32,000 nt of DNA from an uncultured Chloroflexia bacterium. Lineage in GTDB: Bacteria; Chloroflexota; Ktedonobacteria; Ktedonobacterales; JADMIN01. Where the stretch lies: NCBI GenBank assembly GCA_963718915.1, contig CAVRAI010000001.1, positions 477,911-509,910 on the forward strand, in the 5' to 3' direction. Made by a program: the position numbers and the translations under genes. Numbering within the stretch: position 1 is the first letter of the stretch; each line of letters starts with the position of its first letter. Positions 8,391-17,408 of this stretch are shown here, piece after piece. The notes beneath the pieces are model-generated. The model worked only from the letters and a program-made list of their open reading frames with translations. It searched no databases and had not been told where the DNA came from.

Positions 8391-10965
8391 ATGCCGCCGA
8401 AAAACAAAGCGCCATCCGCGCAACTCTCACTCTTCGAGGTCGAAGAATATCTCAAAACCGCGCCGTGTGTGCCACTGCTGCGCCAGAAGGTGGCCGAGTG
8501 GCGCGCAGGCGGGCTACCCCGGCGCCACTGAGGTAACGCAGCGGCTGCTCAACTGGTGGTTCGCCAGCGATCATCGACTGCCGGATGGCCGCCCGTTCGC
8601 CTATCACCGCGCCCAGCGCGACGCCATCGAGACGCTGATCTACGTCTATGAGGTCGCCCACATCCGCTCGCGCCGCCATCTCTACGAGCAGTTCGCCCGC
8701 ACTGATGAACCCATCAGACTCTCGGCGGAGGACAAAGACAACTTCGCCCGTTTCGCCACCAAAATGGCCACTGGCTCCGGCAAGACCAAGGTCATGTCGC
8801 TGGCCATCGTCTGGCAGTATTTCAATGCCATCATGGGCGGTGGCGATGCCGACTATGCCCGCACCTTCCTTATCGTTGCGCCTAACGTCATCGTGTTGGA
8901 GCGGCTCGCCGAAGACTTCGCGGGCGGGCGCATCTTCCAGCACGACCCCGTCATGCCGCAGAGCATGCGTTACTTCTGGGATGTCGAAACCGTCGTGCGC
9001 GGCGATCCTGAGCGGCCCGACGCCGATGGGCTGGTCCTGCTCACCAACATCCAGCAACTCTACGACCGCCCCGAAAACGGCAATGATGGCGAGTCGGAGC
9101 CGCTGGCCGCCGTGCTTGGCCCGAAAGCGCCCGCCACCCTCAGCGAGTCGGCCAGCTTCATCGAGCGCATCCAGAAGCGTGAGGGGAAGCTGCTCGTCAT
9201 CAACGACGAGGCGCACCATACCCATGATGAAGATAGCGCCTGGAACACCGTCATTCAGAGCCTGCATGAGGCGCGCCCCATCGCCGCGCAACTCGACTAC
9301 TCCGCCACGCCGCGCTTCACCAAGGGCCAGCTTTTCCCCTGGGTCATCTCCGACTATCCCCTGAAACAGGCCATCATCGACGGCATCGTCAAGCGCCCCT
9401 ACAAGGGCGTCACCGATCTGGATGTGGTCGCCTCGGAAATCGCCAGTGTCAAATATCGCGGCTTCCTCGCGGCGGGCATCAACCGCTGGCGCGAGTATCG
9501 CGAGCAACTGGCGCCGCTGGGCAAACGTCCACTGCTCTTCATCATGCTCACCACCAACGCCGAGGCTGATGATGTTGGCGCGTGGCTGGCTGAGGTGTCT
9601 CCCATCGAATTTGGCGGCGACAAGCATCTCGTCATCCACACCGATAGCAAAGGCGAGATTACCAAGAAGGATCTTGATCTCGCCCGTCGCGCCGCCCGCG
9701 AAGTGGACTCACCCGATAGCCAGGTCAACGCGATTGTGAGCGTGCTGATGCTGCGTGAGGGCTGGGATGTGCAGAATGTGACGGTGGTGGTGGGCCTGCG
9801 CCCCTACTCCGCCAAAGCCAACATCCTGCCGGAGCAGACGATTGGACGCGGCCTGCGGCTGATGTTCCGGGGCGAGAGCCGCGGCTACACCGAGCGCGTG
9901 GATATCATCGGCACGACAGGCTTCATGGAGTTTGTCAGCAGGCTTGACCAACTGGAGCAATTGGGGAAGGAGCTTGGCGAGTTTGAGGTCGGCAAAGACA
10001 AGCTCACCATCCTCACCATCCAGCCCGACCCCGCCAAAGCACACTACAACATTGCCATCCCGCAACTGACGCCCGTCCTTGTCCGCAAGCGTTCCATCGC
10101 CGCCGAGATCGAGGCGCTGAATGTACGCGGCTTCCTCTGCCCGCCCTTCCCGCGTAAGCCCGGCGACGAACAGGAGCGCACGTTCCACTACGACGGACTG
10201 GACTTCGTGACCATGGAGCGCGAGTTCAGTCGCGACTACACGCTGCCCGCGCCGCAGACTGCCAACGAAGTCATCGGCTATTACGCCCGCTTGATCGCCA
10301 GCGACCTGAAGCTGCCAAGCCAGTTCGCTGTGCTGGCGCCGAAGGTCAAAGAGTTCTTCGCAGTGAAGGCGTTCGGTGGTGAGGTGAACCTGGATGATCC
10401 CGCCATCATTCAGGCGATGAGCCGTGTGCCTGTGGCGCATGTTGTGCGCAAGGTCTTTACGAACGCGCTGCGTGACAAGATCGTGGAGGAGCAGGAGCCA
10501 GAACTGGTAGATAGCGGGCGTAGTCTGGCGCAGGTACAGCCGTTCCCCTTCTCCAATTCCAACGCCACGCCAGGGCACAAGCTCATCCTGAACTATGCGC
10601 CCTGCACCAACGACTACGAGCATCGGTTCGCGCTATTTCTCGATCAAGCGACGGATATCGCCGCCTGGTGCAAAGTGCCGGATAGCTTCCGCTTCAGCAT
10701 CGAATACACCGATCAGCACGCCAACCTGCGCTACTACTATCCCGACTTCGTGGCGGTCGCCGAGGATGGCGCGCACTGGATCATCGAGACCAAAGGTGCG
10801 GAAACCGTCGAGGTGCAGTTCAAAGACAACGCCGCACGTATCTGGTGCGACAATGCTACCCAGTTGACCGGCGTCCGCTGGGACTACATCAAAGTCGCGC
10901 AGAACGACTTTGACAAGATGGGCGCCAAAGACTTCGGTGACATCACCCTGCTCAAGTGGGGATGA
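8391..10965 (+). CDS. res: Type III restriction enzyme Res subunit (SF2 helicase + PD-(D/E)xK nuclease), with a +1 frameshift about 40 codons in as sequenced
   Basis: The 832-aa ORF at 8467-10965 has SF2 helicase motifs (MATGSGKTKV Walker A, LVINDEAHH DEAH box, SATP, QTIGRGLR) and a C-terminal nuclease motif (YYPDFVAV...WIIETKG). The conserved N-terminus MPPKNKAPSAQLSLFEVEEYLKTAPCVPLLRQKVAEWRAGG is in another frame, starting at ATG 8391 (GAAAGGAAA at 8378-8386) and stopping at 8529-8531. The two parts join as ...EWRAGG|YPGATEVTQRLLNWWF if one G at 8511 is skipped. Confidence 0.85.
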
Positions 10966-10994
10966 CCTCGCCGGATCTCACCCCCGCTCACCCC

Positions 10995-11112
10995 GACCTC
11001 ACCCCCGGCCCCTCTCCTCGCAGGAGAGGGGAGCGCGTATGTCGCCATCTGGCAGGATGGTCGCCCAGGCCCTCCCCTCGCAGGGGAGGGTGGCCGAAGG
11101 CCGGGTGAGGTC
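10995..11112 (-). repeat. Family-1 element, copy f (reverse orientation, single)
   Basis: GACCTCACCCCCGGCCCCTCTCCTCGCAGGAGAGGGG...CCCTCCCCTCGCAGGGGAGGGTGGCCGAAGGCCGGGTGAGGTC. It is preceded by partial CTCACCCC motifs from 10976 and ends 3 nt before the stop of the convergent gene at 11116. Confidence 0.9.
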
Positions 11113-11115
11113 TCC

Positions 11116-12030
11116 CTACCGCCGCCCGCAGACGATGTAGAACGGCTGGATGTACTCGCCGTGCTGCATCTCGTGGCGGATCGCGCTCTGCGCCTGGGCG
11201 AAGGCTTCTGGCGACGCGATCCGGGCGGCGATGATCTGCCCGCGCATGCCCTCGATCCGCGCCATCAAATCAGTGCCCATCAGCTCGCCAAAGCGCCCGC
11301 CGTGCGGCCCGATGGGCAATTCAACGGTGCGCACATGGATATCGGTGAGCGCAAGCCGGTGCAGCAGGTCGCCGAGTTGCGAGCTGACACGCGGGTCGAG
11401 TCCGCGCTGCTGCCATGCCTGGAGCGCCCACCGTTGCATCGCATCCAGCGCCGGGCCGCCATTATGCACCAGATCGCCCTCCGCTAGCTCGACCCAGCCG
11501 CCAAACGTGGTGACCCGCGCCATCTCGCCCACCACACGCGGCCATGCCGCCACCGGCAGATCGCGCGTCATCTGGCGCATATGCGTCAGGTCGAAGGAGG
11601 CGGGCGCGAAGGCAAGCGGCTCCAGAACATTGTGCTGGACGAACGCATAGCTCCGTGGATGGGCGGCGGACGCGGCAAAGACCCCCGATGTCGCCGGGTT
11701 GCTCTCATCTGTCGACGCCATATCCAGCCCAACCACCCGCGCGCCAGCGAATTCGCCCGCCATTTCGCGCACCCAGCGCCCGGAGCCGCACCCCACATCC
11801 AGAATATAGGATGGCGCGTTGATGGGCGCGAGATAGTTGGCTCCCAGCGCCGCGCGCAGCATGATATGCAGGAAGTCGCTCCGGTTCACCACCTCCGCCT
11901 CCATCGGCACAGGATACGCCGGGGTCAGTGAGAGCGGCATGCGTCCTAGCGTGGATGAGGTCGGCGTTGATCGATAAGCGGCGGGAACGGTGAGGCGGGG
12001 CAGGCTGTCGTCGGTTGGATACCAGCTCAT
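11116..12030 (-). CDS. Class I SAM-dependent methyltransferase
   Basis: 304-aa ORF with ATG at 12030 and a strong RBS (GAAGGAGAAACC upstream on the minus strand). Motif I is ILDVGCGSGRW, followed by VVGLD and a Methyltransf_23/25-like layout. The substrate is unknown. Confidence 0.8.
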   Translation of the reverse strand: MSWYPTDDSLPRLTVPAAYRSTPTSSTLGRMPLSLTPAYPVPMEAEVVNRSDFLHIMLRAALGANYLAPINAPSYILDVGCGSGRWVREMAGEFAGARVVGLDMASTDESNPATSGVFAASAAHPRSYAFVQHNVLEPLAFAPASFDLTHMRQMTRDLPVAAWPRVVGEMARVTTFGGWVELAEGDLVHNGGPALDAMQRWALQAWQQRGLDPRVSSQLGDLLHRLALTDIHVRTVELPIGPHGGRFGELMGTDLMARIEGMRGQIIAARIASPEAFAQAQSAIRHEMQHGEYIQPFYIVCGRR

Positions 12031-12213
12031 GGTTTCTCCTTCTCGGGCAGATGAGGGCGGTGTGAGACGAGGCGCGCCCTTGCGCCGCCTGGCAGCATCC
12101 GCCGCAGGAAGTATACCAACCTCTACGTAAAATTACCCTATGGAAAACCCTAGTTTTTTGGCGGTATTTCGCCACAAATCCGGTCGCGGTTGTGGTTATG
12201 GTCAAGCGGACAG

Positions 12214-12963
12214 CTATCGATGCACGGCGCGCAATGACCAGACCACCACTTCCAGCCGCTCGGAGTAGTAGAGCAGCGGTGGTGTCGTGGGCAGGCGGAT
12301 CCCCGCAGGCTCGGCGATGGTGTTGTGGACAATATCGGCCGTCGCGGGCTGGAGCGGCCACGGCGCGTGCTGCACCTCGCCGCGCATCAGGCGGGAGCCG
12401 CGCATCGTATAGAGGCAGTAGCGCGCCGTCAGCCAGTCCTCCAGCGAACCGGGTTGCGCGAGCTGTACCGGACCGGTCGGCTGGTAGCGCGCCTCAAAGA
12501 CCGCACGCTGCTTCCCGCTTCCCCGGCGCTCGCAGCGATAATGGATAGTATCACCCGCCGCAATCGCGAAGCGCGCATGGTAGTACGGCAGCGCGAAGAG
12601 CGCCCGCGCCCCCAGGACGGCGAGCAGACTGCCCGCATCCAGGCTGAAGAAGAAAACGCCGGGCTTGTCTTCGGCGGTGACGTAGGTGCGCACGTTCAAC
12701 TCGGCGAAGCGCGTGGCGGTGGGGATGCCCGGCAGTCCGCGAAAGTGGACACGCTCCATCTGGAACGGCACAACGCCCAGCCACGCCCGGCCATCCCAGG
12801 TATCGAGCGCCAGCCCGGCGGGCAGCAGCGAACGCACCATCTCGGCGGGAACTGGCCAGTGCGCAAACAGCAGTTTCCGCCAGACCTGGGTCATCACCCA
12901 CGGACTGTCAGGCAGCGGCCAGGGGCGCGCATTGGCCGGGGACAGCGCTTGCTCAGATGTCAT
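12214..12963 (-). CDS. DUF2071 (YqjF-like) family protein
   Basis: The translation ...WRKLLFAHWPVPAEMVRSLLPAGLALDTWDGRAWLGVVPFQM...FAELNVRTYV...KPGVFFFSLDAGSLLAVLGARALFALPYYHA matches the DUF2071 pattern. ATG 12963 is preferred over the TTG at 12999 used by the ORF track. Confidence 0.7.
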   Translation of the reverse strand: MTSEQALSPANARPWPLPDSPWVMTQVWRKLLFAHWPVPAEMVRSLLPAGLALDTWDGRAWLGVVPFQMERVHFRGLPGIPTATRFAELNVRTYVTAEDKPGVFFFSLDAGSLLAVLGARALFALPYYHARFAIAAGDTIHYRCERRGSGKQRAVFEARYQPTGPVQLAQPGSLEDWLTARYCLYTMRGSRLMRGEVQHAPWPLQPATADIVHNTIAEPAGIRLPTTPPLLYYSERLEVVVWSLRAVHR

Positions 12964-13115
12964 GTTCAGACGGTAGCGCAGACCAGACGCCAGCCGCAAA
13001 TTCGGCTCCCAGTAGTGTTACCTATGGCGATATACTCTGCAATGGCAAGCTGTTTTGCCGAGTAGGACGAGAGTGGAGACGATATGCAGCAAGATCGTGG
13101 CGAGATGAGTAGGAG

Positions 13116-13959
13116 ATGCGTGGCAGGATTTGCCTCATTACGGGCGCAACCTCCGGCATCGGGCTGGTGACGGCCCGCGAGTTGGCCGCGCGCGGCGCAA
13201 CCGTGGCAATCGTCGGGCGCAACGAGACGAAGACGCGGGCCGCGGTCGAAGCAATTCGCCAGCAGACCGGCAACAACGAGGTAGACTATCTGCTGGCCGA
13301 CCTCAGCTCGCAGGCAGCGGTACGGGGCATAGCCGACGCCTTCCAGCGGCGCTATGGCGCGCTGCATGTGCTCGTCAATAATGTGGGCGCGGTCTTTATG
13401 CGGCGGCAGCAGACGGCCGACGGGCTGGAGCTGACCTTCGCCCTGAACCATCTCGCGCCGTTCCTGCTGACCAACCTGCTGCTCGACACGCTGCGCGCCA
13501 ATTCGCCCGCGCGTGTCGTCACGGTGGGGTCAATGGCCCACAATGGCGCACATATCCCGTTCGACAACCTGCAACAGACGAAGGGGCGTTATTCAGCATT
13601 TGGCGTCTACGGCCAGACAAAGCTCGCCAACATCATGTTCACCTACGCGCTGGCCCGGCGGCTGGAGGGCAGCGGTGTCACCGCGAACACGCTCCATCCC
13701 GGCTTTGTGGGATCGAACTTCGCGCGCAACAACGGGCCGATCATGAATATCGCCATGCAGACTGGCGCGCCCCTTCGCGATTAACGTGGAGAAGGGCGCC
13801 GAGACCTCGATCTATCTGGCGTCCTCGCCAGATGTGGCGACGGTGAGCGGGCAGTATTTCTACCAATGCAAACCGAAGCGATCCTCGCAGGCATCCTACG
13901 ATGTGACGGCGCAAGAGCGGCTCTGGCAGGTCAGCGAGCAGTTGACCGGCCTGGCGTGA
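13116..13959 (+). pseudogene. Short-chain dehydrogenase/reductase (retinol-dehydrogenase-like SDR), +1 frameshift near the C-terminus as sequenced
   Basis: SDR motifs TGATSGIG, NNVG and YGQTK are present. The frame-0 ORF stops at 13784. Frame 1 continues with ...FAINVEKGAETSIYLASSPDVATVSGQYFYQCKP...ERLWQVSEQLTGLA to TGA at 13957-13959, which is the usual SDR C-terminus. The join ...MQTGAP|FAINVEKGAETS requires skipping one C of CCCC at 13770-13773. Confidence 0.8.
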
Positions 13960-14172
13960 GACGTTACCGCACCATCCAAAACCATCCAAATATATTCGCG
14001 GATGCGGCTGCTCACAAATACCTACGACGAACTATATGTCCCGGCATGTAACTTATGGTAAACTAGCGCGATGAAGAGAGAAGGCGAAAGCTAGCATTCA
14101 AGCATTGGGGAGGCGCGGATCCCATGCGCGCTGATACAGCCAGCTACAGTCCGCGCGGAAAGGCGGCATCCC

Positions 14173-15285
14173 ATGGCATCCCAGACAACTGGACAGCCCG
14201 CGACGGAGGCAACGCCCGGACAAGCGGCGGCGGAATCCGTGAGCATGGAGGAGCTACAACTGGCGGCGCGCAACCACGCGATGCCGCTGGAGGCGCTCCG
14301 CTACCCCATCACTCCGGCGGGGCTGCACTACCTGTTGATTCACTTCGATATTCCCGCTGTCGAGGTCGCTTCCTGGCGGCTCGCGGTGGATGGCCTGGTC
14401 GAGCGGCCGCTCATGCTCAGCCTGGAGGAGCTTCAGGCGCGGCCCGCGGTCACGCTACCCGTCACACTCGAATGCGCTGGCAACGGGCGCGCGCTTCTCG
14501 CCCCCCGCGCGATCAGCCAGCCCTGGTTCAACGAGGCGGTGGGGACAGCGGAGTGGACGGGCACACCACTCGCCCCGATTCTGCGCGAGGCGGGGATTCG
14601 TGCCGACGCCCTCGAGGTGGTGTTCACCGGGATTGATCGCGGCATTCAGGGTGGCGAAGCGCAGGACTACCAGCGCAGTCTCACGCTCGACGATGCGCTC
14701 CGTGATGAGGTTTTGCTGGCCTACGCGATGAATGGCGCGCCGCTCTTGCCGCAGCATGGCTATCCCCTCCGGCTGATCGTGCCCGGCTGGTACGGCATGA
14801 CACACGTGAAGTGGCTGCGCGGGATCACGCTCATCGCCGAATCATTCCAGGGCTACCAGCAGGCTGGAACCTATCTCTTCAAAAAGAGTGAAGACGATCC
14901 CGGCGTGCCTGTCACCCGCATGGCGCCGCGCTCGCTGATGGAGCCGCCCGGCATCCCCGATTTCATGTCGCGCACGCGCGTTCTCGCGGCTGGTTCCTGC
15001 ACGCTCTCGGGCAGGGCGTGGTCGGGGCAGGGCATTGTGGAGCGGGTGGAAATCAGCGCCGATGGCGGGCGCACCTGGCGGAACGCTACTCTCGGCGAGT
15101 CGCCATCGTCGTCGCCCTATGCCTGGCGACCGTGGACGTTTGACTGGCAGGCGACGCCCGGCGAGTACGATCTCTGCTCGCGCGCCACCGATAGCGCGGG
15201 AAACATCCAGCCGCTCGACGCGCCCTGGAATGTCGGCGGCTTCATGAACAACGCGGTGCAGCACGTCGCCGTGGCGGTCTCCTGA
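14173..15285 (+). CDS. Sulfite-oxidase-family molybdopterin oxidoreductase (Oxidored_molyb + Moco dimerisation domains)
   Basis: 370-aa ORF. It has TLECAGNGR (the Mo-ligand Cys), HGYPLRLIVPGWYGMTHVKWL and a C-terminal Ig-like dimerisation region (VERVEISADGGRTWRNA). No obvious signal or Tat motif is present at the N-terminus. Confidence 0.85.
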   Translation: MASQTTGQPATEATPGQAAAESVSMEELQLAARNHAMPLEALRYPITPAGLHYLLIHFDIPAVEVASWRLAVDGLVERPLMLSLEELQARPAVTLPVTLECAGNGRALLAPRAISQPWFNEAVGTAEWTGTPLAPILREAGIRADALEVVFTGIDRGIQGGEAQDYQRSLTLDDALRDEVLLAYAMNGAPLLPQHGYPLRLIVPGWYGMTHVKWLRGITLIAESFQGYQQAGTYLFKKSEDDPGVPVTRMAPRSLMEPPGIPDFMSRTRVLAAGSCTLSGRAWSGQGIVERVEISADGGRTWRNATLGESPSSSPYAWRPWTFDWQATPGEYDLCSRATDSAGNIQPLDAPWNVGGFMNNAVQHVAVAVS

Positions 15286-15330
15286 TGAACTTTAAGAAAT
15301 GCCACCATACATCGTGCTGGGGTGCGCGTG

Positions 15331-15455
15331 TCGGAGCATAAATGCCCCGGCGAATGGGTCTGAGAGTGGGTCTGAGAGTGGGTCTGAGAGGCTGGAAATT
15401 CGCCGTAGCGTTTACGCTACGGCTTGCCTCGCCCGCCACGATGCGCGGTGTTCGG
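15331..15455 (+). repeat. Family-2 intergenic element, copy A
   Basis: TCGGAGCATAAATGCCCCGGCGAAT-[42-nt loop]-ATTCGCCGTAGCGTTTACGCTACGGCTTGC... It shares flanks and stems with the copies at 17493, 22700 and 31941. Confidence 0.85.
15356..15391 (+). repeat. 3 x 12-bp perfect/near-perfect tandem repeat (GGGTCTGAGAGT)
   Basis: GGGTCTGAGAGT GGGTCTGAGAGT GGGTCTGAGAGG, sitting inside the variable loop of family-2 copy A. Confidence 0.95.
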
Positions 15456-15473
15456 AGTCAAAGAGCGGACGAG

Positions 15474-15986
15474 CTACTGTCGCATCGCTTGTATCGTGTT
15501 GAGCGCCTCGATGACATGTCTGTTGAACTGGATCTGGGATGAGAAGATGTGTCGGACAATGCCGTCGCGGTCAATAATATACGTGACGCGGCCAGGGAAC
15601 ATTCCCATTGTCGTCGGCACACCATAGAGCTTACGCACCGCGCCACCCTCATCGCTGAGCAGGACGAACGGCAGGCGATGGTGCTCGGCGAAGCTCTCGT
15701 GCGACTCCACCGAGTCCGAGCTGACGCCGACGACCTCCGCGCCAGCCTCCTTGAAGACCTCGTACGAATCGCGGAAGCTACAGGCCTCGGCGGTACAGCC
15801 CTGTGTCTCGTCCTTGGGATAGAAGTAGAGGACGACCGCGTGCTCGGTCAGCAGGTCGCTCAACCGTATGGATTTGCCGGTCTGGTCGGGCAGCGTAAAG
15901 TCGGGCGCATGGTCGCCCACCGCAACGCGCCCTCCATCACCCGCGCCCTTGCTGCCCCGGTTGATCGAATCAGATGTATCTGCCAC
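15474..15986 (-). CDS. bcp: Thiol peroxidase / peroxiredoxin Bcp (PrxQ type)
   Basis: 170-aa ORF with a GTG start at 15986 and GAAGGAG upstream. Motifs are APDFTLPDQTGK and VVLYFYPKDETQGCTAEAC (the peroxidatic and resolving Cys pair). Confidence 0.9.
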   Translation of the reverse strand: MADTSDSINRGSKGAGDGGRVAVGDHAPDFTLPDQTGKSIRLSDLLTEHAVVLYFYPKDETQGCTAEACSFRDSYEVFKEAGAEVVGVSSDSVESHESFAEHHRLPFVLLSDEGGAVRKLYGVPTTMGMFPGRVTYIIDRDGIVRHIFSSQIQFNRHVIEALNTIQAMRQ

Positions 15987-16258
15987 CTACAGGCTCCTTC
16001 TGAAAATTGATTCAATGCTGGTGTTACTGGGTTGATATTGTAATGCCTCATCCAGTTATACGCAGGCGCGTTATGCATGAATGGCTAGAGCGAGCCAGGG
16101 TGGTGTCGCCAGAGCGGCTGGTATGATAGACGCTCCCGCAAAAATAGCTGATAATGCTGACACTACAGAGAATGCATGGAGGTCTTTTCACCAGGCGCGT
16201 GATGCCTGTCGTGAGGCCTGACTTGTGATGCCTGAATGCGGCAGAGAATGGATGGCGC

Positions 16259-17380
16259 ATGCGGATTCTGATCTCGGGCGGTGGCACTGGAGGACATATC
16301 TATCCCGCGCTGGCGGTGGCGCGCGAGCTACAGGCGCGCTACGATGCCGATATTCTCTATCTCGGCGACGCCAACGGCCTGGAAACGAAGATTGTGCCTG
16401 CCGCCGGACTGCCGATGGCGACGATCACGGCAGGCAAGCTGCGCCGCTATCTCTCGCTTCAGACGTTCACCGATATTGGGCGCGTGCCGGTGGGAATGAT
16501 GCAGGCGCTCCGCCACGTGCAGAACTTCCATCCCGATGCGGCGTTTACCAGTGGCGGCTACGTCTCGGTTCCCGCCGGGCTGGCGGCGCGCATCGAGGGA
16601 GTGCCGCTGGTGATGCATCAGCAGGACGTGCCCGCTAATCTGGCGAACCGCCTGCTCACGCCCTTTGCCACGCGCATCTCCGTCTCGTTTCCCGATTCGC
16701 TCCGCCACTTTCCCCGCCGTCGCACAACGCTGACGGGCAATCCCGTGCGTGAGGAGATTCTGGCGATGGTTGGCGCGGATCCAGCTCCCCACAAAGCGCG
16801 GTTTGGCTTCTCACCAGAGTGGCCAGTCTTGCTGGTGACGGGAGGCAGCCAGGGCGCGCGCCATCTCAATCAGGTGGTGGTGAATGCGTTGCCGGGGCTG
16901 TTGAAGCACTGTCATGTCTTGCATGTGAGCGGCGGGCTGACCTATGAGGCGACGCGACACGCAGCCGATGCCCAATTGTCCACGCTGACAGAGTCGCATG
17001 GCCACTACCGGCTCTATCCCTACCTCAACGAAGAGATGCCCGCCGCCCTGGCCGCCAGCGATATCGCGCTCTGCCGCTCCGGCGCGTCCACGCTGACTGA
17101 GCTGGCGGTGATGGGGAAGCCAAGCGTGCTTGTCCCGTTGCCGCCAGGCTTCACTGGCTCGCCACAGGCCGTCAACGCAGAGATGTTCCGCCGGGCGGGC
17201 GCGGCGGAGATGGTGCTCGACCGCACCCTGACGCCGACGACACTGGGCGCAACGCTCTATCCCCTGCTGGACAACCCCTCGCGCCTAACACTGATGTCAT
17301 CCGCCGCGCGCACACTCGGACATCCCGACGCGGCGCCGACCCTCGCCCAGATGGTGGCGTCGCTGGCGCAGGGCGGGTGA
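16259..17380 (+). CDS. murG: Undecaprenyldiphospho-muramoylpentapeptide beta-N-acetylglucosaminyltransferase
   Basis: 373-aa ORF. It starts MRILISGGGTGGHIYPALAVA, and has FTSGGYVSVP, LVTGGSQGA and RSGASTLTELAVMGKPSVLVPLP, which are canonical MurG (GT28) motifs. Confidence 0.9.
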   Translation: MRILISGGGTGGHIYPALAVARELQARYDADILYLGDANGLETKIVPAAGLPMATITAGKLRRYLSLQTFTDIGRVPVGMMQALRHVQNFHPDAAFTSGGYVSVPAGLAARIEGVPLVMHQQDVPANLANRLLTPFATRISVSFPDSLRHFPRRRTTLTGNPVREEILAMVGADPAPHKARFGFSPEWPVLLVTGGSQGARHLNQVVVNALPGLLKHCHVLHVSGGLTYEATRHAADAQLSTLTESHGHYRLYPYLNEEMPAALAASDIALCRSGASTLTELAVMGKPSVLVPLPPGFTGSPQAVNAEMFRRAGAAEMVLDRTLTPTTLGATLYPLLDNPSRLTLMSSAARTLGHPDAAPTLAQMVASLAQGG

Positions 17381-17408
17381 TACCCCGTCCGGCTGAAGTG
17401 TTGTTTAG

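Noticed and set aside
7409-8536. ORFs 7409-7915, 7420-7701(-), 7542-8081 (N-terminal 51 aa) and 8057-8536, with PHPAFGHPPLRGEGLGD... peptides
   Set aside because: These peptides are simply the family-1 palindromes read in frame. The same 'protein' appears on both strands and at every repeat copy. Only the 7695-8081 portion has real DUF559 homology.
8452-10623. Minus-strand ORFs 8452-9639 and 9709-10623 opposite res
   Set aside because: They are antisense shadows of a helicase gene whose motifs are clear. They have no motifs of their own.
5404-10965. Phase-variable simple-sequence tract controlling mod or res
   Set aside because: The homopolymer runs at the frameshift sites are only 2-4 nt long. 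No tetra- or pentanucleotide repeat tract, or long poly-G/C, is present in either gene.
2011-11112. Possibility that the regularly spaced repeats are a CRISPR array
   Set aside because: The units are 105-120 bp nested palindromes occurring singly or in pairs, with 13-15 nt spacers and whole genes between them. No cas genes are present and there is no uniform repeat-spacer periodicity.
13960-14172. Moco riboswitch upstream of the sulfite-oxidase-family gene
   Set aside because: Only short, generic GC hairpins are present (for example GCGCGGATCCCATGCGCGC). Nothing resembles the Moco RNA motif as I recall it.
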